A DNA stretch of 64,000 bases from Lachnospiraceae bacterium (GTDB lineage: Bacteria > Bacillota > Clostridia > Lachnospirales > Lachnospiraceae). This document shows, piece after piece, positions 10,142 to 18,637 of the stretch; the stretch's first letter is position 1, and every line of letters starts with the position of its first letter. Where the stretch lies: NCBI GenBank assembly GCA_029219245.1, contig JAQXTA010000011.1, positions 7,977 through 71,976 on the forward strand, given 5' to 3'. A program made the position numbers and the translations under genes. Below the pieces are notes generated by a model, which worked only from the letters and a program-made list of their open reading frames with translations, searched no databases and had not been told where the DNA came from.

Positions 10142-12595
10142 ATGACTGGAAGAAGTGGAAAAAGTAAAAAATGGACTTTAATTCTTCTTATTACATTGAT
10201 AGTTGGCTTCATCGTTATTGTATTTCAAATAAAATGGCAGCAGATGAAACAGGAGAATAGCAATGCAACGGAAATTGCCAAAACACAGGATTATTCTGCT
10301 GCAGAAAAAATTGAAGCGGCGAAGAAGAAGCTGGAGGATGATCCACAGAAAGCAGAGGTTATTACCAATATTAATACCGTTGAAAAGGAAGTGGCTCTCT
10401 GTTTTGAAGGAACAACGGATGCATTGGTCATTGAGCAGATTCTGGAATATCTGGATGCCTATGATATGAAAGCCACCTTTTTCATTTCTGCAGTGGATAT
10501 CAGCGAAGATAGGGATAGTGCAGACGGCATTTTAAGTGCAGGGCATGATTTAGAAAGCTATACGTTATATGGTACGTCCCATATGGAGGAGTTTACGCAG
10601 GAGGAACTGATTGAGGATTTTTGCAGGGCACAGGCGGTATATGAGGACCTGATTGGAGAAACACCGTCCCTTTTAAAATGCAATGCAACAGATTATACGG
10701 AAGAAGTAATGGAAGCAGCAGATGCCTGTGGTTATGCCAGTGTAGTTTATCCCTCCAGGTATTTGAATTATGCAAGCTTTTCGGATGAAAAGATGGCGAA
10801 AGAGTATGTATCAGGTGTTGGAAAAGGTAGTGTTATATCCATTAAACTAAGTGGATATCTGGATGAAATAGAATATGAGGAGACCAAGGTGGAAGAAGAC
10901 CCGGCCAAGGACAAAAAACCGGGCATCGAATTTCACGAGCTGGAAGAGGAAGAAGAACTGTCTGAAACAGAGCAGCTTTTGCAGATGGTTGAGTGGTTTC
11001 TTAAAGCACTACATGAGAAAGAATATGAAACCGTTCTGGTACGGGATTTGCCGAGCCAGGATATGGGGAATCTTGTTTTAAAATATGAACAGCAGGAAGA
11101 AAAGTATGAAGAAGAAATGGCAGAGGTCATTACTGCGGTTCATACGACGGACAGAGAAACCGCTTTTACGTTCCGGGGTCTGGGAGATGAGAAGGAACTG
11201 AAAAACCTTTTGGATACGCTAGATAAGATTGGGGTTAAGGTAACCTTCTTTGTAACAGGGGAAGAGATTGATAAGTATAGAGAACAGGTGCAGCAGATTA
11301 TGGATGCCGGACATGAAATCGGAAGTGGTGGTTATCTCGGCAAATCCATGCAGGAAATGGACTTCGCTGAAATTTGTGAGGATATTTACAAGAATGATTT
11401 GATGCTAAAAGAACTGGGGATAGAAAGCGATATCTTCATGCCGCCCTATGGTGTGGTAACAGATGAGGTGCGTAAAGCTGCCGCAGCAATGGATAAAAAA
11501 CTTGTAACTTACAATGCGGCTCCGGCAAGAACAGAATATGTGGAAAAAGGATATACGGGCAGAGAGTCGGTTAATCGCTATTTTTCCGATGCAAGACTTG
11601 TCTTATGCAGGGGCGATATTACATTCTTCAATATGAATGTATATGAAGATGAGGTTTCTTTGTCGGAACTGGTGCAGGCTGTTTATGATTTGAAGGTTTT
11701 ACCAACACAGTATGGTACAAGAGAAGAAAATATTCTGCAAATATGTACCGTTTCACAGCTTCTTGATCATACATGGCATTATCCGGCGGCAACCAATGCA
11801 ACGTATCATGCGATAAAAGAAAGCGGTAAAATGCAGTATTCCTGGGAACAGGCATTAGCCCAGGGGTACATCGGGAACCCCTATTTAAGTCTGGAGGGAT
11901 TTTCGGGAGGAGAACTTGCGCTGATTGACAAAACCGGACGTGTTAATACGGGAGGAACCAATACCGTTTTTCTTACCTTTGATGACTGGGGAAATGAAGC
12001 TACCATAGGCAAGATTTTGTATGTACTGAAAAAACACCATATTAAGGCAACTTTCTTTATAAAAACAGAATATGTTGTAGATGGCAGTAGTGAAAATCTG
12101 CTTCGTGCGATTGCAGAAGAGGGACATGATGTGGCATCTCATACAAATACCCATATGCCGATTGACGTTACACAGGATCAAGTATCAGCCCTGCAGAAGG
12201 ATTTGGTAGCATCCAATAAAGTGCTGTCCAATGTGACGGGAGATACCGGAGCAATGACAGATTTTTTCCGACCGCCAACACTGGCTGTTAATAAGACAGG
12301 TGTCAATACGGTGTTTAACTGCGGCTATGGATATATTATCAATGCGGATGTCAGTACCGGAGATTATTCTGCGGGTAGCGTGGAGGAAGTTTATGATATC
12401 TTGTTAAATGGGGCAGTACTGGACAGTGGGGAGCGAATGAAGATACGGGATGGAAGCATTGTTGTCATGCATATTAATACCAATTCGATTTATACGGCAC
12501 AGGGTCTTGACCGTTACTTGAACTATATTGAGAGCCTTCCGGAAGGAGATCCGAATAAATTTCATTTTGCGAAACTAAGTGATTATTTACAATAA
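10142..12595 (+). CDS. Polysaccharide deacetylase with three tandem NodB/CE4 domains
   Basis: Three repeats of the (T)F(DD)..KATFF..GH(D/E) pattern; only the third keeps TFDDW, HTNTH, FRPP and VMH. Confidence 0.85.
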   Translation: MTGRSGKSKKWTLILLITLIVGFIVIVFQIKWQQMKQENSNATEIAKTQDYSAAEKIEAAKKKLEDDPQKAEVITNINTVEKEVALCFEGTTDALVIEQILEYLDAYDMKATFFISAVDISEDRDSADGILSAGHDLESYTLYGTSHMEEFTQEELIEDFCRAQAVYEDLIGETPSLLKCNATDYTEEVMEAADACGYASVVYPSRYLNYASFSDEKMAKEYVSGVGKGSVISIKLSGYLDEIEYEETKVEEDPAKDKKPGIEFHELEEEEELSETEQLLQMVEWFLKALHEKEYETVLVRDLPSQDMGNLVLKYEQQEEKYEEEMAEVITAVHTTDRETAFTFRGLGDEKELKNLLDTLDKIGVKVTFFVTGEEIDKYREQVQQIMDAGHEIGSGGYLGKSMQEMDFAEICEDIYKNDLMLKELGIESDIFMPPYGVVTDEVRKAAAAMDKKLVTYNAAPARTEYVEKGYTGRESVNRYFSDARLVLCRGDITFFNMNVYEDEVSLSELVQAVYDLKVLPTQYGTREENILQICTVSQLLDHTWHYPAATNATYHAIKESGKMQYSWEQALAQGYIGNPYLSLEGFSGGELALIDKTGRVNTGGTNTVFLTFDDWGNEATIGKILYVLKKHHIKATFFIKTEYVVDGSSENLLRAIAEEGHDVASHTNTHMPIDVTQDQVSALQKDLVASNKVLSNVTGDTGAMTDFFRPPTLAVNKTGVNTVFNCGYGYIINADVSTGDYSAGSVEEVYDILLNGAVLDSGERMKIRDGSIVVMHINTNSIYTAQGLDRYLNYIESLPEGDPNKFHFAKLSDYLQ

Positions 12596-12630
12596 ATTTT
12601 TTAGAGTTTGATGTAAAAAGAGGGAGATTC

Positions 12631-14514
12631 ATGATAGGTAAAAAGAAGGACTCAAACAGGAAAGCGGGTAAACCGATAGAAGATGTCCTGTTGAAACCGA
12701 AGGAAGACAGGCGTTTGCTTTCTTATGTTCCGGATAAGCAGCAGGTTCGTAATAATATGGATCGGCGTGGCGGCAAAACATTGGAAACATATGAAGGTAA
12801 GGCGGATGATTATATTAAGACTATTCAGTCCGGTATTCGCTATCGGGTAGATTATGAGGTGAAAGTCTGCTGTAAAGGAAAGAGAGGATGGACGAAATTT
12901 ACCTGTAGGGGCATTGATATTTCATCTACCGGCATTTTGTTGGAAATGAAGGATGAAGATCAGCAGAAAATCATGCAGGAAGCGCAGAAAATACGTCTTG
13001 CTTTTGAAATTATTCCGGGTTCCATGCCGGAAGGCTACGAGATGAAAGTAAAACAGAAGGCAAAGCTTGTCCGTAGTGTGAAAACGCAGGACGATAAAGT
13101 ATTTTGTGGTATGGAATTTGACCATACACTGGCGCAGTATGCAACGAGAAAAAAAGATGGCTATATGCTTACGATAGCCAGTTTTCTGATATTCTTTATC
13201 AGTTCCTTCATCGTAATGATGCGTGCGGAAAGCGTTATTTATTTTAAATTTAATAAATGGCTTTATCTGTATAGTATTATTGCGGCAGCTTTTCTGCTAA
13301 GCCGGTATCTGTTCGGTGCGTTATACCGCCCGGTACCAATTGATAAGGATTTTACACCGGGTGTAACGATTATTATTCCATGCTTTAATGAAGAGGAATG
13401 GATTCGCAGAACGATATTAAGCTGTGTGAATCAGGATTATCCGGTGGATAAACTGGAGGTTATCGTTGTAGATGACTGTTCTACGGACCATTCCGTAGAG
13501 CAGATTAAAGAAACAATTGAAGTGCTTAAGAAAGAGAATGAGCATTATGATATTGAAAGTAGGGTATCCTATCTGGTACAGCCTAAGAATGCCGGAAAGA
13601 GGGATGCTCTTTGCGAAGGTGCCAAGATAGCGAAGCATGAACTGATTGTGTTTGTAGATTCCGACAGCTTCTTAGACCCATTTGCCATAAGAAACCTGGT
13701 GCAGCCGTTTAAAGATCCCAAGATGGGCGGGGTAGCAGGCCGTACGGATGTTGCCAATACTTATACAAATTCTTTGACAAAGATGCAGTCCGTTCGTTAT
13801 TATATCGCTTTTCGTGTCATGAAAGCGGCAGAGGCTTATTTTGACGGTGTTACCTGTCTGTCCGGACCCTTATCCTGTTATCGCAGGGAAATTATTATGG
13901 AAAATATGGATGCCTGGTTAAACCAGAAGTTTTTAGGACAGAAGGCCACCTTCGGCGATGACAGGGCAATGACGAACTTTGTGCTGAGGCATCACAGAAC
14001 CGGCTATCAGGATACGGCAATTTGCTCTACCATTGTACCCAATCAACATAAGGTTTTCTTAAAACAGCAGATGCGTTGGAAACGTTCCTGGCTGCGGGAG
14101 TCCATTATGGCGGGAAAATTTATGTGGCGGAAAGAGCCTTTTATGGCAGTTTTCTTTTATATCGGATTAATTGTTCCGGTAGCAGCACCGGTTGTCGTGT
14201 TATACAATCTGGTATATGTACCGATTACCCAGAGAATTTTTCCGACGACTTTCTTAGTGGGATTGTTTTTGATGTCATTTATTATGAGTGTTGTGCAGCT
14301 GCTTCTCAGAAAAAGTTCTACCTGGATATATGGTATGCTTTTCTGTATTTATTACGAACTGGTGCTGCTGTGGCAGATGCCGGTTGCCTGGGTAACCTTT
14401 TGGAAATCCACATGGGGAACCCGTATGACACCGGAAGATGTGAAGGAAAAAGAGCGTAAGGAGAAGCGGAAACAGGGAAGGAAGGGAGGTACTGCGGATG
14501 AAGCAACAACGTGA
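12631..14514 (+). CDS. GT2 processive glycosyltransferase (NodC/hyaluronan-synthase-like) with N-terminal PilZ-like domain
   Basis: DDCS, GKR, FVDSDS, CLSGPL, GDDR and QQMRW motifs plus TM helices; N-terminal DISSTG...GMEF resembles a PilZ barrel. Confidence 0.85.
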   Translation: MIGKKKDSNRKAGKPIEDVLLKPKEDRRLLSYVPDKQQVRNNMDRRGGKTLETYEGKADDYIKTIQSGIRYRVDYEVKVCCKGKRGWTKFTCRGIDISSTGILLEMKDEDQQKIMQEAQKIRLAFEIIPGSMPEGYEMKVKQKAKLVRSVKTQDDKVFCGMEFDHTLAQYATRKKDGYMLTIASFLIFFISSFIVMMRAESVIYFKFNKWLYLYSIIAAAFLLSRYLFGALYRPVPIDKDFTPGVTIIIPCFNEEEWIRRTILSCVNQDYPVDKLEVIVVDDCSTDHSVEQIKETIEVLKKENEHYDIESRVSYLVQPKNAGKRDALCEGAKIAKHELIVFVDSDSFLDPFAIRNLVQPFKDPKMGGVAGRTDVANTYTNSLTKMQSVRYYIAFRVMKAAEAYFDGVTCLSGPLSCYRREIIMENMDAWLNQKFLGQKATFGDDRAMTNFVLRHHRTGYQDTAICSTIVPNQHKVFLKQQMRWKRSWLRESIMAGKFMWRKEPFMAVFFYIGLIVPVAAPVVVLYNLVYVPITQRIFPTTFLVGLFLMSFIMSVVQLLLRKSSTWIYGMLFCIYYELVLLWQMPVAWVTFWKSTWGTRMTPEDVKEKERKEKRKQGRKGGTADEATT

Positions 14515-16375
14515 TCCGGTCAAACGGAAAAATGTCCGTAAGGTAATACGCAGTATTCTTGAAGAGATCGTTCTCATTACCCTGCTTATTATTGTGATTC
14601 GTGCAATCTTTACTTTTGATACTTATGAACCGTATGATGAAACGATGGTAGAAATGGCAGATGAGGAGGAAGATACAGGCTTTATATCCTTGTCTTACTT
14701 CGGGGTGGACCGGAATGAAACGAAGACACTAATCAGTACGGAACGCTTACAGGAACATATGGATGCCCTAAGTAAGTCGGGCTATGTGACCATTACACAG
14801 CAGGACATTCTGGATTACTATAACGAGGGGAAAAAGCTGCCGAAAAAGTCCCTTTTTCTGATGTTTGAGGACGGACGGAGAGATACTGCTATCTTTGCAC
14901 AGAATGTAACGGAAGATTATAATTATATTTCTACGATTCTGACCTATGCGGAAAAATTTGAAACAAAAGACAGCAAGTTTTTAATGCCGGATGATTTGGA
15001 AAGTCTGGAAGAGGGAACTTTCTGTGAACTGGGTACGAACGGTTACCGGTTGGAATATATTAACGTGTTTGACCGGTATGACCATTATTTAGGGCAGCTT
15101 AATACTTTGGAATATGCACATGTGCAGCCCTATCTGGATCGGAATTATAATCATTATCTGATGGATTATATCCGGGACGAATACGGTATTTCCAGAGAAT
15201 CCTATGAGCAGATGAAGATGCGTATCGACTATGATTATGATGAAATGGAGCATATTTATACAGAAGAATTGGGCGAATTGCCGCAGATGTATGTGTTGAT
15301 GCATTCTAATACCGGACAGTTTGGGGAGAATGATAAAGTAAGTGCAGTCAATCAGGCACGTATTTTTGAGTTGTTTAAGATGAATTTTAACAGAGAAGGC
15401 TATTCTCTGAATACGCAGGAATCCTCCATTTATGACCTTACCAGATTACAGCCGCAGGCTTATTGGCATACGAACCATTTACTGATGCGGCTCTGGGATG
15501 ATACAAAGCAGGATATGGCATGGGTTGACGGCGATCTTAAAAGAAAAGGAAACTGGGAAGAAATCAATGGTAAGTCGGAATTTGACAAGAATGAAATTTT
15601 CTTAACCTGTGAACCGGAAGCAGTGGGAACGCTGCGGTTAAAGGGAAGTGAAGACTATCAGGATGTTATCGTCAATACACAATTAACGGGCAACAAGCTT
15701 GGTATCCAGAGCGTTTATCTGCGTGCAGACGAAAATCTGGAGTGCTATATCTGCGTTAAGATAGAAAACAATGAACTGATTATTTCCGAAAGCAGTGATT
15801 CCGGTAAAGAAAAAGAACTTTATCGTGAAAATCTGGATGAAATCACAAAAAAGGAGGAAGTTTCAGTCGAAGAGGATGAAAAAGCAGCTTTGATTGCAGC
15901 CAAAGAACTGGAGGTACAGTATGCAAGCAATGTAGAAGCAGGCAAAGATGCGGCTGTGGAATTGTCCAATCTGAAGGATAAAAAGGCGGCAACCGTAGAA
16001 GAAGGTGCGGAAGAATATGTGGCAGCCATTAACTTAAATGATGAGGGCAACTGTATGCTTCATATTGGTTTGAAACAGGATAAACTGACGGTCACAATCG
16101 ATGATAATACTGCTGTGGAAGACCTTGCGGTAAGCAGGGAGGATGCAGGTTATCTCTATCTTCAGTCCGGATGGGGCGGTGAAGCCTACAGTCAGAGAAA
16201 TCTTGCAGATGATGTATATGATGGTGTTTTTGTGGATTTTGAAGTAACAGAGAATAAAGGGGCAGAGGAAGAAGCCGTTTTGTATGATAATAAGATGCAT
16301 GGTCTGGAATGGATGACATGGAAGGCAGAAGAACTTTGGAAAGCACTGTTGAACTGGTTTATTGATACCTTCTAA
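14498..16375 (+). CDS. IcaB/PgaB-like CE4 deacetylase-fold protein with C-terminal beta-rich domain
   Basis: ISTERLQEHMDAL..SGYVTIT...KLPKKSLFLMFEDGRRD; overlaps the GT2 stop codon; metal-binding His motif not evident. Confidence 0.65.
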   Translation: MKQQRDPVKRKNVRKVIRSILEEIVLITLLIIVIRAIFTFDTYEPYDETMVEMADEEEDTGFISLSYFGVDRNETKTLISTERLQEHMDALSKSGYVTITQQDILDYYNEGKKLPKKSLFLMFEDGRRDTAIFAQNVTEDYNYISTILTYAEKFETKDSKFLMPDDLESLEEGTFCELGTNGYRLEYINVFDRYDHYLGQLNTLEYAHVQPYLDRNYNHYLMDYIRDEYGISRESYEQMKMRIDYDYDEMEHIYTEELGELPQMYVLMHSNTGQFGENDKVSAVNQARIFELFKMNFNREGYSLNTQESSIYDLTRLQPQAYWHTNHLLMRLWDDTKQDMAWVDGDLKRKGNWEEINGKSEFDKNEIFLTCEPEAVGTLRLKGSEDYQDVIVNTQLTGNKLGIQSVYLRADENLECYICVKIENNELIISESSDSGKEKELYRENLDEITKKEEVSVEEDEKAALIAAKELEVQYASNVEAGKDAAVELSNLKDKKAATVEEGAEEYVAAINLNDEGNCMLHIGLKQDKLTVTIDDNTAVEDLAVSREDAGYLYLQSGWGGEAYSQRNLADDVYDGVFVDFEVTENKGAEEEAVLYDNKMHGLEWMTWKAEELWKALLNWFIDTF

Positions 16376-16442
16376 GGACGGATGCATGCGGAAAAAATTA
16401 TCAGGATGAAAATAGAAAGGTAAAAAAGAAAAAGAGGAAAAC

Positions 16443-17516
16443 ATGAAAAGAAAAATCGGAAGAAAAAGTTGGGCAGCGATTTTGCTTGTAGCAGGCATGT
16501 TGCCGGTTCTGACCGGATGTGGTCTAAAAGTCGGCAGAACCGAAGGCGGAGAAACGAGGGAAGAAAAAACAGAAAATACCCTGTCGGAAGTGCAGGCAGC
16601 GGAACCGGAAAAAGTATCCTATACCGTATGGAATGCTTATTGGAATCTGGATGGTGTGGAAGCCCAGGTGGAGGAGATGGCAGAGAACATTCAGAATATA
16701 AGTTACTTTGCGGCATATTTTGATAAGGATGACAAGGTATTTATTCCGGAAGAAACGAAAGCATTTTATGAAAAGACGGGTGCTGTTTACAAAGAGCGGG
16801 GATGGAACTGTTATCTTACAATTGTAAATGACCAGATTTTAGAGAATGGTACTTCTTCACTAAAGAGTACAGAGCTTCTTTATCGCCTTCTTTCTGACGA
16901 AACAGTTTATCAGGCACATGCGGAAGAAATCCTGACACTTGCGTTGGAATATGGCTATGACGGATTGGAAATCGACTATGAAAATATTCGTAAGGATGAT
17001 ACCTTATGGGGCTATTTTATGCCGTTTATCCGTTATCTCTATAAGCGTTGCAATGAAGAAGGGCTGATGCTTCGGGTTATTATTGAAACCCAGATAGAAC
17101 CGGAAAAAATTGAATGGGTAGAAGGTCCAACTTATGTGGTTATGTGTTATAATTTATATGGTGGGCACAGTGGACCGGGGCCCAAAGCAGACCGTACTTT
17201 CTTAGAGGATATTATGGAAAAGATGAGCTGTGTACCGGGAAAGATGGATTATGCATTGGCGAATGGCGGCTTTGACTGGAGTGATGACGGCAGTGTCAAA
17301 GGAATCACGACAGCCAAAGCAGAGAAGTTATTGGAAGAATCCGGAGCCGTAGCGGAACGGGACGATATCAGTGCGGCAAGGTATTTTACTTACGAGGATG
17401 AAAACGGTATCGGACATGAGGTCTGGTATGCGGATGAGGAAACGATGCAGGCATGGATGTTCTGGCTGCAGTCGGGAGAAAACTATGCATTTTCTATCTG
17501 GCGGTTAGGGGAATAG
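16443..17516 (+). CDS. GH18-family (chitinase-like) lipoprotein
   Basis: Lipobox LTGC; YDGLEIDYE catalytic motif, VMCYN..GPGP, HEVWYAD, SIWRLG. Confidence 0.8.
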   Translation: MKRKIGRKSWAAILLVAGMLPVLTGCGLKVGRTEGGETREEKTENTLSEVQAAEPEKVSYTVWNAYWNLDGVEAQVEEMAENIQNISYFAAYFDKDDKVFIPEETKAFYEKTGAVYKERGWNCYLTIVNDQILENGTSSLKSTELLYRLLSDETVYQAHAEEILTLALEYGYDGLEIDYENIRKDDTLWGYFMPFIRYLYKRCNEEGLMLRVIIETQIEPEKIEWVEGPTYVVMCYNLYGGHSGPGPKADRTFLEDIMEKMSCVPGKMDYALANGGFDWSDDGSVKGITTAKAEKLLEESGAVAERDDISAARYFTYEDENGIGHEVWYADEETMQAWMFWLQSGENYAFSIWRLGE

Positions 17517-17527
17517 AAGGAGTCAGG

Positions 17528-18259
17528 ATGAAAACATATCAGAATTATGTATTTGATTTGTATGGAACACTGGTCGATATTCGTACCGATGAAGAAAAGA
17601 AGGAACTTTGGGAAAAAATGAGTCTGTTCTTTGGTTATTACGGAGCTGTTTATACCCCGGAGGCTTTGCAGAAAGCTTATTTGGAATTGGTTCGTACAAG
17701 TGAAGAAAAGGTGCGTTATGCACATGAGTCTTATCCGGAAATCCCAATCGAGAAAGTGTTTCGACAGTTGTATGAACAGAAGGAGGTAGATCCGACGGAG
17801 GAGTTGGTTCTACATACCGGGCAGATGTTTCGTGTGTTTTCCACACATCATGTAAAACTTTATGCAGGGGCAAAGGAATTGTTGCAGAGACTGCATGAAG
17901 CAGGGAAAAAGGTATTTCTTTTATCGAATGCGCAGCGTATTTTTACGGAATACGAATTATTTTATCTAAAGATACATGACTGCTTTGACGGAATCCTGAT
18001 TTCCTCTGATTATGGGGTAAAAAAACCGGATGAAAAATTCTTTCGCCTGTTGTTTGAGCAGTATCGGATACAACCGGAAGAATCCCTTATGATAGGAAAT
18101 GATTTAAATACGGATATCCGGGGAGCTAAAAAAGTGGGAATGGATACGTTTTATATTCATTCTGCCATATCGCCGGAAGTGAAACGGGAAGTAGATGCAG
18201 ATTATTTTATGATGCATATGAATTTAAAAAGCTTACAAAAGCAAATCTTAAATAGGTAG
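17528..18259 (+). CDS. HAD-superfamily hydrolase
   Basis: FDLYGTLVD, LSNA, KKPD, MIGNDLNTDI. Confidence 0.9.
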   Translation: MKTYQNYVFDLYGTLVDIRTDEEKKELWEKMSLFFGYYGAVYTPEALQKAYLELVRTSEEKVRYAHESYPEIPIEKVFRQLYEQKEVDPTEELVLHTGQMFRVFSTHHVKLYAGAKELLQRLHEAGKKVFLLSNAQRIFTEYELFYLKIHDCFDGILISSDYGVKKPDEKFFRLLFEQYRIQPEESLMIGNDLNTDIRGAKKVGMDTFYIHSAISPEVKREVDADYFMMHMNLKSLQKQILNR

Positions 18260-18271
18260 GAGGACATTTTT

Positions 18272-18577
18272 ATGGAGATTTTTGACAAGAACTTTGTGTC
18301 TAAGCTTGGAGAAACCATCACAACCAAGGGTAAGGAGGTAACGGACAAAGCAAAGGATCTGGCTGAAATTGCAAACCTGCGTAGTCAGATAAATACCTGT
18401 GAAGAGGTCGTAAAGAAAAATTATATGGAAATCGGAAAAAAGTATTATGAGAAGCATGCTTCGGTGCCGGATGAAGAAATGGAAGAAGATTACGAAGAAG
18501 CATGCAGAGCAATTCGCAATGCACAGATTGGAATTGCTGACCTGGAGGCAAAGATTAAAGAAATTAAAGGTGTGTAA
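18272..18577 (+). CDS. Hypothetical coiled-coil protein
   Basis: RBS GGAGG, 101-aa helical ORF. Confidence 0.75.
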   Translation: MEIFDKNFVSKLGETITTKGKEVTDKAKDLAEIANLRSQINTCEEVVKKNYMEIGKKYYEKHASVPDEEMEEDYEEACRAIRNAQIGIADLEAKIKEIKGV

Positions 18578-18584
18578 AAAAGAG

Positions 18585-18631
18585 AAAAAAGAGCTGTGCA
18601 CTATTATTACTTAGTGCGACAGCTCTTTTTT
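18585..18631. terminator. Bidirectional intrinsic terminator
   Basis: aaaaaagagctgtgcacta...tagtgcgacagctctttttt between convergent genes. Confidence 0.8.
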
Positions 18632-18637
18632 GTCATC

